Counted from the first letter of the stretch, positions 20,591 through 29,848 are shown. The stretch is 64,000 nucleotides of DNA from Phycisphaerae bacterium (GCA_963675745.2 CAXXWX010000012.1:18969-82968), one strand, 5' to 3'. Numbers and translations are program-made. The notes: generated by a model from the letters alone, not told the origin.

Positions 20591-20619
20591 GATTTTTCGC
20601 AAAACGCGGGGCAATGTGC

Positions 20620-21061
20620 TGCGTCAGGAGCCATCCGCACGCGCTCCGGCCAGGTCATGCTCTATCAACTGACCGATGCCGGGCGGACCGTCTGCGCCGA
20701 CGTCGGTATTCACGCCGGCCCCGCCCCGCGCGTCAGCCTCGAACATCGCTATTGGGCGCGCCGGGCGGCCGACATGTTCGACCACCGGGGTTTCGAAGTC
20801 ACGCACGAGTATGCCGTCCAGGGCAACGGCACCGTGGATGTGCTAGCAGAGCGCCCGGGCGAGCGGATCGCGATCGAGATCGAAACTGGAAAGTCCGATA
20901 TCTCCGCCAACCTCGCCAAGCTCCGCAACGCGGGCTTTGACCGGGTCGTCTTGCTGGCTACGTCTCCATCCGCGGTTACCGCCTGCCAGCGCGCGATCGC
21001 ACAAGTGCCGGCCGACCACGCACTTCCGGTCGAGCAACTGACTTGGCTGGACGTTTCTTGA
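20620..21061 (+). pseudogene. 5'-truncated remnant with winged-helix-like plus PD-(D/E)xK-like C-terminus, mobile-element type
   Basis: Only the last ~145 codons of ORF 20135-21061 look protein-like (SLEHRYW, VDVLAE..IAIEIETGKSD); the upstream part overlaps the PP2C gene and promoter. Left boundary approximate. Confidence 0.55.
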
Positions 21062-21203
21062 AGGGCCTGCAAGTCCGCTTTCCATTGTGTCAGGTGGCCG
21101 ATTTTGCTAACTTCCGGATTGGAGACCGGTTACGCCCAGGTGACCTTCCAGAAGAAGGGGGCGACCTTTTCTCGTTCGTGCTGATGTCCGGAGGGATGAC
21201 GCG

Positions 21204-23999
21204 ATGCAGAAGTCGCGCAAGTTGTGGCCGTGGGTGTGGGTCGCCGCGTTGGGCGGCGTTGTTTGTGCTGTGGCGTGGGCCGGGAATATTCGCCATGACG
21301 ACATCGACGGCGATCCCGATAACGATCCGGACTTCAATGAGTTCTACAACTTGGCCGCCGATCGTGACTTCGATGCTGCCGGGGCCGTTGTGTCCGAGAC
21401 CGACGGCCAGGCGACACTCCTCGCTGGGTCTGGCACGCTCATTCAGCCGGAATGGGTGCTGACCGCAGCCCACGTGGCAAACGGGCTGAGCCTGAATACC
21501 GCATTCTCGCTTGGGGGGACAACATTCCAAGATGGAATGTTGTACGAGGTCTCCGGCTATATTCTGCCCCCGACTTATGATCCCAGCGGCGCTGGGTGCC
21601 CCGTGGGCCCAAGCGGCCCCACCACCGGCTGCCACGGAGATGACATTGCGCTCCTCCGACTGCGGCAGGTTGTGAGTGGGGTCGCTCCGGCGACCCTTCC
21701 CACATGGCCTGCAACTGGGCTGCTAGACTACACCGTGACGATCACCGGCCTCGGCGACCGCGGAACGGGTTTGAATCCCAACACCTTGGTCAGCGGAACG
21801 AGGATCGCGGGCACGAACACAATTGACGCCCGCGGTAGCGATGTTGGCGGTATCGATCCCAACGTGGCTGGCTGGTCATCGAACATCTTTGTAGTCGACT
21901 TTGACGACCCCAACGGCGTTTTTCCGAACCGTTGTGGCTCGTCAACGCCGGTGAGCTACGAGTACCTGTCGGCGAGGGGTGACAGTGGCGGTGGCTGGTA
22001 CTGCCGCTACTACGACAACGGCTGGAAACTGGAACTGGTTGCTGTGACGTCTTTCGAGTACGGCCCCCAGGGATCAGTTCCTCACGGCGGCTACGGCTGT
22101 CTCGCCTTGGGCACGTCAGTGCCAGCTCACAGGGATTCGTGGATCAGTCCACTGCTCGGGGAGGATCTCGAGTGGAAGTGGGTCGGCGGCTCTGGATCCG
22201 ATTACGATGATCGGCTGAACTGGAACGTCTCCCTTGCTGATCCCAACTTGGGGACATTCGTGGTCCTACGACTGCCGGGCGAACCAGACAGCATCGTCTT
22301 CGACCGGCCCGAAGCGTACACGGTCTCGCTGCCAAGCGCTGCCATGGTTAGGGAGATGAGCATTGAGGGTGGCAGTGACGTCACGCTCGATGGCACGTTC
22401 GGCTACACGATCACTGACTTGGCAGCCCTGTCCAACGGCGGCGTTCTTCATCTCGATGCAGGAGCGACGATCAATGCGGGCGAGCTGCGCGTCGGCGAGT
22501 ATGGGGTCGGCACTTTGAGCCAGAGCGGTGGAATCGTCACGATTGAGAATAGCCTCCACATCGGCGTCAATTGCGGAGCCGACGGGACGTACAACCTTGC
22601 CGGCGGAACCCTGGTCGCTGACACGATCAACATCGCATTCAACGGCCAAGGAGAGCTGAACTGGACAGACGGGACAATTCTGCCCTTCACTCCCGGCGGC
22701 ACCGTCACGGTCAACGTCTGGTCACCCAACGGCAGCGTCAACATCGCCGATGGACTGACCTTCGACGGCGTCGTGAACGAGCTGTCGGCGGAAGATGTCG
22801 ATAGTGACGGCGTGATCGACGATTGCGACGAGTGCCCGGATACGCTTCCAGGCGTCGCAGTCGACGAGGTCGGATGCCCGCCGCCCACCCCCGGCGATGC
22901 GGACCAGGACGGTGACATCGACCTGCGCGATATCCAGCAGTTCCAGCAGTGCTTCGATACCGATCCATCGGGCGGGTGCCCGGATGCCGTCGATGTCGAC
23001 GGCGACGGTGACGTGGATCTGGATGATTGGGACGAGCTGGCCCCGATTATCGAAGGTCCGGGCAGCCAAGCGCCGCCTGCCAATATGGTCTTGGTCCCTG
23101 GTGGTTCATTCCTGATGGGCGATAGCTTCGACGACGAGGGCCACGATGATGAGCTGCCGGTCCATGCGGTCTATCTGAGCCCGTACTACATCGGCACTTG
23201 CGAGGTGACCAATCAGCAATACTGTGACGGGCTGAATTGGGCCTACGGTCAAGGGCTGATCCAGAATCCGGATCTTCACGGCGGTGTGGTGTATAAGATC
23301 GGGGGAACGAGCACGTGCTATTGCGACACGACGAGTTCGTCTTCGTACAGCCGGGTCACATGGAACGACAGCAGCTTCGGTGTGGTTGCGGGCGAGGAGA
23401 ACCACCCTGTGGTGATGGTGACCTGGTACGGTGCGGCGGCGTACTGCAACTGGCGCAGCAGCATGGAAGACCGCACGTCGTGCTACGACACGAGCACATG
23501 GACGTGTAACTTCGGCGCGACCGGCTACCGTTTGTCGACTGAGGCCGAGTGGGAGAAGGCAGCCCGGGGCGGACTAAGCGGGCAGCGCTTCCCGTGGGGC
23601 GACATCATCAACCATAGCCGCGCCAACTACAGAGCCTGTGGCGCCTGTGCCTACCCGTATGACGATAGCCCGTACACGAGTTACACGTTTCATCCCGATT
23701 TCGACGACGGCGAGTATCCGTACACCGGCCCGGTGGGGTATTTCCCCCCGAATGGCTACGGCGTGTACGACGCGTCCGGCAACATCTGGGAGTGGTGTAA
23801 TGACTGGTTCTTGAGTACATACTACGCGGGCTCGCCGAGTTCGAACCCGACCGGTCCCACGGGTGGGTCACGCCGCATTCTGCGCGGCGGCAGTTGGATC
23901 GACGTCGCAAGGGAATGCCGCGTGGCAGACCGCGGTAATTACCCGCCCGACGAACGCTACAACTACCTCGGGTTTCGCTGCGTGGTGGGTAATCCGTGA
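21204..23999 (+). CDS. secreted multidomain protein: trypsin-like serine protease + beta-rich repeats + Ca-binding/dockerin-like repeats + FGE-sulfatase (SUMF1) domain
   Basis: Catalytic triad VLTAAHV / DIALLRL / GDSGGG; DSDGVIDDCDECP and GDADQDGDIDLRD repeats; FGE motifs FLMG, EVTNQQY, RLSTEAEWEKAARGG, GNIWEW, RGGSW, GFRC. Confidence 0.85.
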   Translation: MQKSRKLWPWVWVAALGGVVCAVAWAGNIRHDDIDGDPDNDPDFNEFYNLAADRDFDAAGAVVSETDGQATLLAGSGTLIQPEWVLTAAHVANGLSLNTAFSLGGTTFQDGMLYEVSGYILPPTYDPSGAGCPVGPSGPTTGCHGDDIALLRLRQVVSGVAPATLPTWPATGLLDYTVTITGLGDRGTGLNPNTLVSGTRIAGTNTIDARGSDVGGIDPNVAGWSSNIFVVDFDDPNGVFPNRCGSSTPVSYEYLSARGDSGGGWYCRYYDNGWKLELVAVTSFEYGPQGSVPHGGYGCLALGTSVPAHRDSWISPLLGEDLEWKWVGGSGSDYDDRLNWNVSLADPNLGTFVVLRLPGEPDSIVFDRPEAYTVSLPSAAMVREMSIEGGSDVTLDGTFGYTITDLAALSNGGVLHLDAGATINAGELRVGEYGVGTLSQSGGIVTIENSLHIGVNCGADGTYNLAGGTLVADTINIAFNGQGELNWTDGTILPFTPGGTVTVNVWSPNGSVNIADGLTFDGVVNELSAEDVDSDGVIDDCDECPDTLPGVAVDEVGCPPPTPGDADQDGDIDLRDIQQFQQCFDTDPSGGCPDAVDVDGDGDVDLDDWDELAPIIEGPGSQAPPANMVLVPGGSFLMGDSFDDEGHDDELPVHAVYLSPYYIGTCEVTNQQYCDGLNWAYGQGLIQNPDLHGGVVYKIGGTSTCYCDTTSSSSYSRVTWNDSSFGVVAGEENHPVVMVTWYGAAAYCNWRSSMEDRTSCYDTSTWTCNFGATGYRLSTEAEWEKAARGGLSGQRFPWGDIINHSRANYRACGACAYPYDDSPYTSYTFHPDFDDGEYPYTGPVGYFPPNGYGVYDASGNIWEWCNDWFLSTYYAGSPSSNPTGPTGGSRRILRGGSWIDVARECRVADRGNYPPDERYNYLGFRCVVGNP

Positions 24000-24043
24000 A
24001 TTCACTGGGATGAATCGCCTTATGAAGTCGGGGCGGAGGTACA

Positions 24044-24478
24044 TCATCGACGATAGGAGCCCCTCCCGTAGCCAGCCCGTGCTGGGGCATAGCTCCCGTA
24101 ACGTCGTCCAGCGTGGACGATCTTCTCAGCCACGTGTCGGGGCCACGATCTGCCTTGAAGGTCTCGCGGATACAAAAACAGCGCGCGGGCCCCGTTGTTA
24201 CTGTACGCCTGCTGCTTATGGCGTACGCCGTCCATGTACGTCGGTCGGTCGGGCATGCCGGTGTACTCGACGATCAGATTGCCGTATGTCGGCAACGTGA
24301 AGTCTGGGTGCCACACGCGAAACCTCCCACGATCATAGATCACCGTAGGCATTTCGTAGAAGAAGGGAATTCCGTACCGGCCCAGCAGCCGTCCGACCTG
24401 CGCCTCTCCGCGGGAGCGGTATGGCGGCTCGTCCGGTCCCAGGCGGTCCTCAAGCCGCACCTTGGGTGGATAGTCCAC
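24044..24478 (-). CDS. hypothetical protein, PD-(D/E)xK nuclease-like, mobile-element associated
   Basis: SRGEAQVGRLL, FFYE and WHPDFTLP..IVEYTG pattern resemble the restriction-endonuclease-like fold. Confidence 0.55.
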   Translation of the reverse strand: MDYPPKVRLEDRLGPDEPPYRSRGEAQVGRLLGRYGIPFFYEMPTVIYDRGRFRVWHPDFTLPTYGNLIVEYTGMPDRPTYMDGVRHKQQAYSNNGARALFLYPRDLQGRSWPRHVAEKIVHAGRRYGSYAPARAGYGRGSYRR

Positions 24479-24640
24479 GCACGGGTCACCCAGTCCATCT
24501 GACGTATGGCCCTGGCGAGATCACTTCTCCTCGCTCCCGCCAAGTGTCTTTGCGAGATCCTCGGCGATCTTCCCGAGCTTCCGCTCTGTCTCTGCTGCCG
24601 CCCTGTTCAGCCGCTCCAGGTGCTGGTTATGTCCAGTTTT

Positions 24641-24667
24641 TGAATCCAATCGACGCTGCGCGACGAA
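24641..24667 (+). promoter_or_regulatory. putative SigK-type ECF promoter, copy 2 (drives lipocalin-sigma-antisigma-B12 protein)
   Basis: TGAATCC-aatcgacgctgcgcg(15)-ACGAA, preceded by a T tract, 43 bp upstream of the lipocalin ATG. Confidence 0.78.
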
Positions 24668-24710
24668 CTCCCCCACAGGTCCAGATTACTTCTGGCATTA
24701 AGGAGACATC

Positions 24711-25274
24711 ATGTGCAGGAATACACGCCGCTGTGCCACGTTACTGTCGGTTCCGCTGCTAGCGCTCGTAACCGGGGGTTGCCCCGCCATAGATGAGGCG
24801 TTTTACCCACGACTTGAAACCGCTTCCGACGTGGATATCGAGCGTTACGCGGGCAAGTGGTACGAGATCGCCAGATACCCGGCCATTTTCCAGGAGGGTT
24901 GCGTCGATGTAACCGCCGAGTACACCGTGCTCGCGGACGGGGCTGTTCGTGTGGTGAATACATGCGGCTCAACCGACGGGAGTTCACGCGACATCGTCGG
25001 TACGGCGAGAGTGATCGACCCAACCACCAACGCGAAGCTGAGCGTTTCGTTCTTCGGACCGCTGTTTGGCGCTCCGTATTGGATTATTGAACTCGACGAC
25101 GACTATCAGTATGCCGTCGTTGGCAACCCGAGCCGGGAGTTCCTCTGGATTCTCAGCCGCACGCCAGCGCTCGACGACACAACGCTCTCGGGGATCCTCG
25201 GGCGCCTGCCGGATTACGGCTATGACCCGGACAGGCTCATCTGGACAGTCCAGAGCGAAGCCATGACTCCGTAG
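24711..25274 (+). CDS. blc: lipocalin family lipoprotein (Blc-like)
   Basis: Lipobox GGC; DIERYAGKWYEIARYP, TAEY, YWIIELDDDYQYAVVG and LWILSR motifs; RBS AAGGAG. Confidence 0.9.
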   Translation: MCRNTRRCATLLSVPLLALVTGGCPAIDEAFYPRLETASDVDIERYAGKWYEIARYPAIFQEGCVDVTAEYTVLADGAVRVVNTCGSTDGSSRDIVGTARVIDPTTNAKLSVSFFGPLFGAPYWIIELDDDYQYAVVGNPSREFLWILSRTPALDDTTLSGILGRLPDYGYDPDRLIWTVQSEAMTP

Positions 25275-25483
25275 CTCGGGCGCTCTGACGACCATCTGCT
25301 CCTTGTCGCCCCGGTGGCAGTGGCGACTCAGCGGTATGGCAAGCGCGTAGCGGGCGCCCGCAGGAGGGGCAGGCAGCCAATCATCCGCTACAATCACCGG
25401 TGCCGGCACCGTTGCCGGCCCTGGACAATCGGTTCTCGACCCGCTTCGGAATCCGGCGCTTACCCTGGGTTGGAACGCGCGCA

Positions 25484-26053
25484 ATGCCGCAAACCTTGCT
25501 CGAACGAGTCGCCTCCGGTGACGTGGCTGCCGTGCAACAGTGCATCGATCGCTACGGCGGGCTGGTCTGGTCGCTGGCGCGGCGGTTGGTGCCCCGCCGG
25601 GCTGACGCGGAAGACGCGGTCCAGGAAGTGTTCATCGCGTTGTGGAAGAGCGCGGAACGGTTCGACCCCGCGGTTGCCGAAGAGACGACATTCGTGGCGA
25701 TGATCGCTCGTCGCCGACTCATCGATCGGCAACGGCGTCTTGCGCGGCGCATCGAAGGTCGGCAGTCGGTGCCGATCGAGGATGTCCAGGTCGCGTCGAC
25801 GGAGTCCGATCAAGACGGTGTGGATGTGTGCGACGAGGCGGCCCGCGCCGCGCAAGCGGTGACTCAGCTACGGCCCGAGCAACAGAAAGTGCTGCGCCTG
25901 GCGGTGTATGATGGTTGGTCGCACCAGCGGATCGCCGACCACTTGCAGATGCCCCTGGGTACCGTGAAGACGCACGTCAGGAGAGGTCTGGTGCGGGTGC
26001 GCGAGCTGCTGACGAGCTCCGGCGCCACGGCCGAACGGGAGGCGACATCATGA
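25484..26053 (+). CDS. ECF RNA polymerase sigma factor (SigK-like)
   Basis: Region 2 DAEDAVQEVFIALWKSAERFDP and IARRRLIDR; region 4 SHQRIADHLQMPLGTVKTHVRRGL. Confidence 0.92.
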   Translation: MPQTLLERVASGDVAAVQQCIDRYGGLVWSLARRLVPRRADAEDAVQEVFIALWKSAERFDPAVAEETTFVAMIARRRLIDRQRRLARRIEGRQSVPIEDVQVASTESDQDGVDVCDEAARAAQAVTQLRPEQQKVLRLAVYDGWSHQRIADHLQMPLGTVKTHVRRGLVRVRELLTSSGATAEREATS

Positions 26054-26295
26054 AGCGCCACCCCGGCCTGCCGCGTGACGAGCACATGCTACAACTCATG
26101 GCGGATCGTGCCACAGAGGGATTATCGCGCTGCGATGCGCTGGAGTTGGACAGGTACATGGCGCAGAACCCCGACGCCGATCGCGACGCGCTCGATTACG
26201 CCGCCGCGGCGGTCTGTCTGGCATTCGGCGCCGGGCGCGGCGAAGCCCTGCCGGATCGTGTACGCGACAGGGTGCTTTCGGCGGCCGCGCCGTAG
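26050..26295 (+). CDS. 81-aa anti-sigma-like protein (N-terminal cytoplasmic part only; no TM or periplasmic domain)
   Basis: ATGA overlap with the sigma stop; helical sequence MKRH..LMADRATEGLS..ELD..EALPDRVRDRVL resembling RskA-type N-terminal domains; stops where the linker/TM would begin. Confidence 0.65.
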   Translation: MKRHPGLPRDEHMLQLMADRATEGLSRCDALELDRYMAQNPDADRDALDYAAAAVCLAFGAGRGEALPDRVRDRVLSAAAP

Positions 26296-26342
26296 TGCCG
26301 GCGGGTTTGCCTCCGCTGTGTTAAAGATGGGTAGGGTGTCCT

Positions 26343-27401
26343 GTGAACGAAACCGCAAAGCAGCTCAGCAACACGATCGAGTCGGTCTCGAAGGCCCTGG
26401 CCGAGTGGACGATAAACCGCCACATCGAGTCAGACCCCGCTCTACCCGAGCGCTACGGCACGACCTGGCGCGCGGACTGGACAGCCAACTTGCAGTCGCG
26501 CCTCGCTTATCTGGCCCAAGCCGTCGCAGTCAGAAGACCCGAGCTCTTTACGCAGATGATGGCCTGGACGGCGGAAGCCGCTCTGGCGCGCAGAGCGAAG
26601 CCTGACGATCTCCTGAACAGCCTGGAGCACATGCGCGACGTGCTCGCCCAGGAACTGCCGCCGCCCGTCGCGAACACCGCGTCGGAGTATGTGGATCAGG
26701 CGCTTACCCGCCTGCGCAGCGCGGAAATTGAGTCCGCGGTGGCACTGAACCCGAGCGAGCCACACGGCAAGCTGTCGCTGCGCTACCTGGAAGCCGCGTT
26801 GGCCGGCGACCGCGGCAAAGCCTGTGGCCTCATTATCGAACAGGCTCAAGCCGGCGTATCGGTGGCCGAGCTCTACGATCGGGTCTTGCTGCCGGCGCTG
26901 TCAGAAGTTGGCCGCATGTGGCACCGCGGCGAGATTTCCGTTGCTGACGAGCATTTCACCACCGCGACGACCCAGGTGCTGCTTGGCGAGCTCCGGTCCT
27001 ATTTCCCGCAGCCCGAACCGCGCTCGGCAACCGTGGTGGCCGCCGCCGTGAGCGGGGATTTTCATGACAACGGTCTGCGTATGGCGGCGGATTGCCTCGA
27101 GATGGACGGCTGGCGCATCCTGTACCTCGGCGCGAACATGCCGGCTGACGACATCGTCGAGTTTCTCGATCAACACGCCGCCGACCTGCTGGCGCTATCG
27201 GTGAGCACATGTCTTCTCGTGTGCCGAGCCGGCGAGCTCATCGAGGTCGTGCGTGCCAATCACTCCAGCGACAAACTGAGGATCATCGTTGGCGGGGCGC
27301 CATTCGACCTGATTCCCGATCTGTGGGAAGAACTTGGGGCGGACGGTTGCGCTCACAACACCACGCAGGCCGTCGAACTGGCGAACAAACTCATTCCGTA
27401 A
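26343..27401 (+). CDS. cobalamin-binding photoreceptor-like protein (globin-like N-domain + B12-binding_2 + B12-binding), no HTH
   Basis: CarH-type W-x9-EH (WHRGEISVADEH), base-off DxHxxG (DFHDNG), YLGANMP, LALS and IIVGGAP motifs; helical N-terminal ~125 aa. Confidence 0.85.
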   Translation: MNETAKQLSNTIESVSKALAEWTINRHIESDPALPERYGTTWRADWTANLQSRLAYLAQAVAVRRPELFTQMMAWTAEAALARRAKPDDLLNSLEHMRDVLAQELPPPVANTASEYVDQALTRLRSAEIESAVALNPSEPHGKLSLRYLEAALAGDRGKACGLIIEQAQAGVSVAELYDRVLLPALSEVGRMWHRGEISVADEHFTTATTQVLLGELRSYFPQPEPRSATVVAAAVSGDFHDNGLRMAADCLEMDGWRILYLGANMPADDIVEFLDQHAADLLALSVSTCLLVCRAGELIEVVRANHSSDKLRIIVGGAPFDLIPDLWEELGADGCAHNTTQAVELANKLIP

Positions 27402-27507
27402 CGCGCCCCGCGGCGCGCCGGTAACGCACGCTCCACTTGACGCGGAGAAACTGCCGCCCCGCGCGGCGGTTGGCTGCGGTGTTGCCCGCAGTTTTTCTCC
27501 CAACTCC

Positions 27508-27534
27508 TGAATCCATCCGGCCCATCCGTGCGAA
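27508..27534 (+). promoter_or_regulatory. putative SigK-type ECF promoter, copy 3 (drives fasciclin-DUF378)
   Basis: TGAATCC-atccggcccatccgt(15)-GCGAA with a T tract upstream, ~96 bp before the fasciclin ATG. Confidence 0.78.
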
Positions 27535-27630
27535 ATGCCAGTTGAGTGAGCCGAAGCTCGCTCGGAAATCGATGACCAAGACCGGTCGTGTGCGTCTACG
27601 ACCACGATTAATTCGAAAGGAAGCTGAGAA

Positions 27631-28560
27631 ATGAAAGCCAAGAGATTTCTGAATCGAACCATGCTCGCCACGGCAGCCACGATCCTGATCGCGACGAGTT
27701 CCTACGCCCAGTGCAGCGCCGGCGCGAAGTCCGCAGAAAGCCAACATGACCTTGTCGACACGGCGGTTAACGCCGGCCAGTTCAAGACGCTTGTCGCCGC
27801 CGTCAAGGCCGCCGGGCTGGTGGATGTCCTCAAGAGCGATGGGCCTTTCACTGTTTTCGCTCCGACTGACGAGGCCTTCGCCAGACTGCCGGACGGCACG
27901 CTCGAAAGCCTGCTCAAGCCGGAGAACAAGGACAAGCTGGCCGCGATTCTGACCTATCACGTCGCACCGGGGAAACTCAGCGCGAGTGACGTCACGCGGA
28001 CGAGCGGAGCGGTCTCCGCCAACGGGCAATGGCTCGGATTCAAGTCGAGCGACGGTAAGGTCATGGTGGACAGCGCCACAGTGGTCGCGGCGGACATCAA
28101 GTGCGCAAACGGTGTGATTCACGTGATTGACCGGGTCGTGTTGCCCGAGCAGCAGAACATTGTGCAGGTCGCGGCCGGAGCCAAGACTTTCAACACGCTG
28201 CTGAAGGCCGCGACGAGCGCGGGTCTGGCCGGAGCCCTCCAGTCGGATGGACCATTCACCGTGTTTGCGCCCACCGACGAGGCCTTCGCCAAGCTGCCGG
28301 CTGGAACGCTGGAGAATCTGCTCAAGCCCGAGAACAAGCAGCAGCTCGCGACGATCATCAAGTACCACGTGATTCCGGGCCGCGTTTACTCGCCGGCCGC
28401 GATGAAGGCCAATGACGCCGGCACGCTGGCCGACCAGAACGTACGTTTCACTCGTAAGGACAACGCGCTGTACGTCGACAAGGCCCGCATCGTCGCGACG
28501 GACATCGATGCATCCAACGGCGTGATCCACGTGATCAATGCGGTCATGATCCCCGGCTAA
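27631..28560 (+). CDS. fasciclin (FAS1) domain protein with two tandem domains
   Basis: Signal peptide; two copies each of [14 protein letters not shown] and NGVIHVI. Confidence 0.95.
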   Translation: MKAKRFLNRTMLATAATILIATSSYAQCSAGAKSAESQHDLVDTAVNAGQFKTLVAAVKAAGLVDVLKSDGPFTVFAPTDEAFARLPDGTLESLLKPENKDKLAAILTYHVAPGKLSASDVTRTSGAVSANGQWLGFKSSDGKVMVDSATVVAADIKCANGVIHVIDRVVLPEQQNIVQVAAGAKTFNTLLKAATSAGLAGALQSDGPFTVFAPTDEAFAKLPAGTLENLLKPENKQQLATIIKYHVIPGRVYSPAAMKANDAGTLADQNVRFTRKDNALYVDKARIVATDIDASNGVIHVINAVMIPG

Positions 28561-28617
28561 ACCAAAACTGAGTGCTTAAAGCGTCGAGACTATGGCGCTC
28601 GAATGAAGGAGTAAGTC

Positions 28618-28842
28618 ATGAAGACGATGGATATACTCGCCGCCGTCCTGTTGGTTGTCGGCGGTCTGAACTGGGGTCTCTGGGGTGCGTTTGAGTTCGA
28701 TCTGGTGGCGGCTATCTTCGGTGGCAACACCGCCGTCCTGAGCAAGCTTGTCTATGTTGTCGTTGGCCTGGCGGCCGCCTACCAGGCGTTTGCACTCAAG
28801 GCCATCCAGCGGCGTTGGATCTGCGCTCCCGTCACCGCCTGA
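28618..28842 (+). CDS. DUF378 small membrane protein
   Basis: LLVVGGLNWGL..FDLVAAIFG..VYVVVGLAA; RBS AAGGAG. Confidence 0.9.
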   Translation: MKTMDILAAVLLVVGGLNWGLWGAFEFDLVAAIFGGNTAVLSKLVYVVVGLAAAYQAFALKAIQRRWICAPVTA

Positions 28843-28908
28843 TAGCAGTCAGGAGCACCCGGCAGACTGAGAGCCGACCCGGGAGTATTCGAGTGCGGCT
28901 GGAAGTCA

Positions 28909-28941
28909 AAAACACCCTCGCCCCGGCGGCGAGGGTGTTTT
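28909..28941. terminator. intrinsic terminator-like hairpin
   Basis: Perfect 14-bp stem AAAACACCCTCGCC / GGCGAGGGTGTTTT with a 5-nt loop, downstream of DUF378. Confidence 0.75.
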
Positions 28942-29078
28942 CTGCCTGGGTCGAGTTGGTCGACGTGCCTACCACCAATTGGCAACGCTGGAACCCTGCC
29001 GGTTGCTGTCGTTCGATCCCGGGGGTCGAAACTTCCCGCCGACTCGGCTGCGGGCATAACAAGAGAAAGGTCTGGCAA

Positions 29079-29813
29079 ATGAAACACTCACTCGTATCGA
29101 TAGCATCGGTCTCGGTCCTGATCCTGGCGTTTGCGGCATCGGTTGCGCCAGCAACGCCGGCGGGCGGTGGGAAGTGTGAGCAGATGATTTTCAGCTTTGA
29201 TAGTCCGCAAGATGTGGCGCCCTGGGTGGCTGTCAACGATAATGTGATGGGCGGTGTTTCGGATGGCCGTGTTCGGATGACCGACCATGCGACGCTGGAA
29301 TTCTTCGGCTCAATATCACTGGAGAACAACGGCGGTTTTGCTTCGATCCGTTCCCGCCGTTCTGATGTGGATCTGTCGAGCTTCGATGGCCTGCTAATCC
29401 GCGTGCGCGGCGATGGACAGCGTTACGACTTGAACCTGAGAACGAACGTGCGAATCATGGCCGGCTCATACCGGGCCAAGTTCGAAACGAATGTGGATGC
29501 ATGGCAGGAAGTCTATCTCCCATTTGCTGATTTCGAGCCGACGTCCTTTGGCCGCGTGCGCAGCGACCTGCCCGCACTCGATCCCAGCAAGATCCGCTCG
29601 TTTGGCTTCTTGATTGCGGACAAACAGGCTGGGTCATTCTCGCTTGAAGTCGACTGGATAAAAGCGGTGGTCTCCCCCGACAAACTGGACGCCCAAAGCA
29701 GCGCCGCGCTCCAGCCGGGCGGAGAATCGGCAGTGCGAAACTGGATCAAGTCAGCCATTTCTTACGGCGCGCCGCTGTACAACGCCGCTAGTGAAGTAGC
29801 TTCCGAATTGTAA
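29079..29813 (+). CDS. CIA30 (NDUFAF1-like) family protein, secreted, C-terminal extension apparently truncated
   Basis: WVAVNDNVMGGVS, SLENNGGFASIR, VRGDG and LIADKQAG motifs; signal peptide. Confidence 0.88.
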   Translation: MKHSLVSIASVSVLILAFAASVAPATPAGGGKCEQMIFSFDSPQDVAPWVAVNDNVMGGVSDGRVRMTDHATLEFFGSISLENNGGFASIRSRRSDVDLSSFDGLLIRVRGDGQRYDLNLRTNVRIMAGSYRAKFETNVDAWQEVYLPFADFEPTSFGRVRSDLPALDPSKIRSFGFLIADKQAGSFSLEVDWIKAVVSPDKLDAQSSAALQPGGESAVRNWIKSAISYGAPLYNAASEVASEL

Positions 29814-29848
29814 TACTTCTCGCGAAACGGGCTTGCGCGGCTAGTAGA

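Noticed and set aside
21772..21798. TGAATCC-N15-CGGAA, a near match to the ECF promoter motif
   Set aside because: The -10 element mismatches (GGAA instead of CGAA) and the site is inside the protease CDS; likely chance.
23870..24050. Complete diversity-generating retroelement at the FGE domain
   Set aside because: No reverse transcriptase, accessory gene or adenine-variant template repeat was seen in the window.
26050..27401. Single frameshifted anti-sigma/B12 fusion gene
   Set aside because: The ORFs are in different frames and separated by a stop plus 47 bp that look non-coding; a fusion is not supported without read data.
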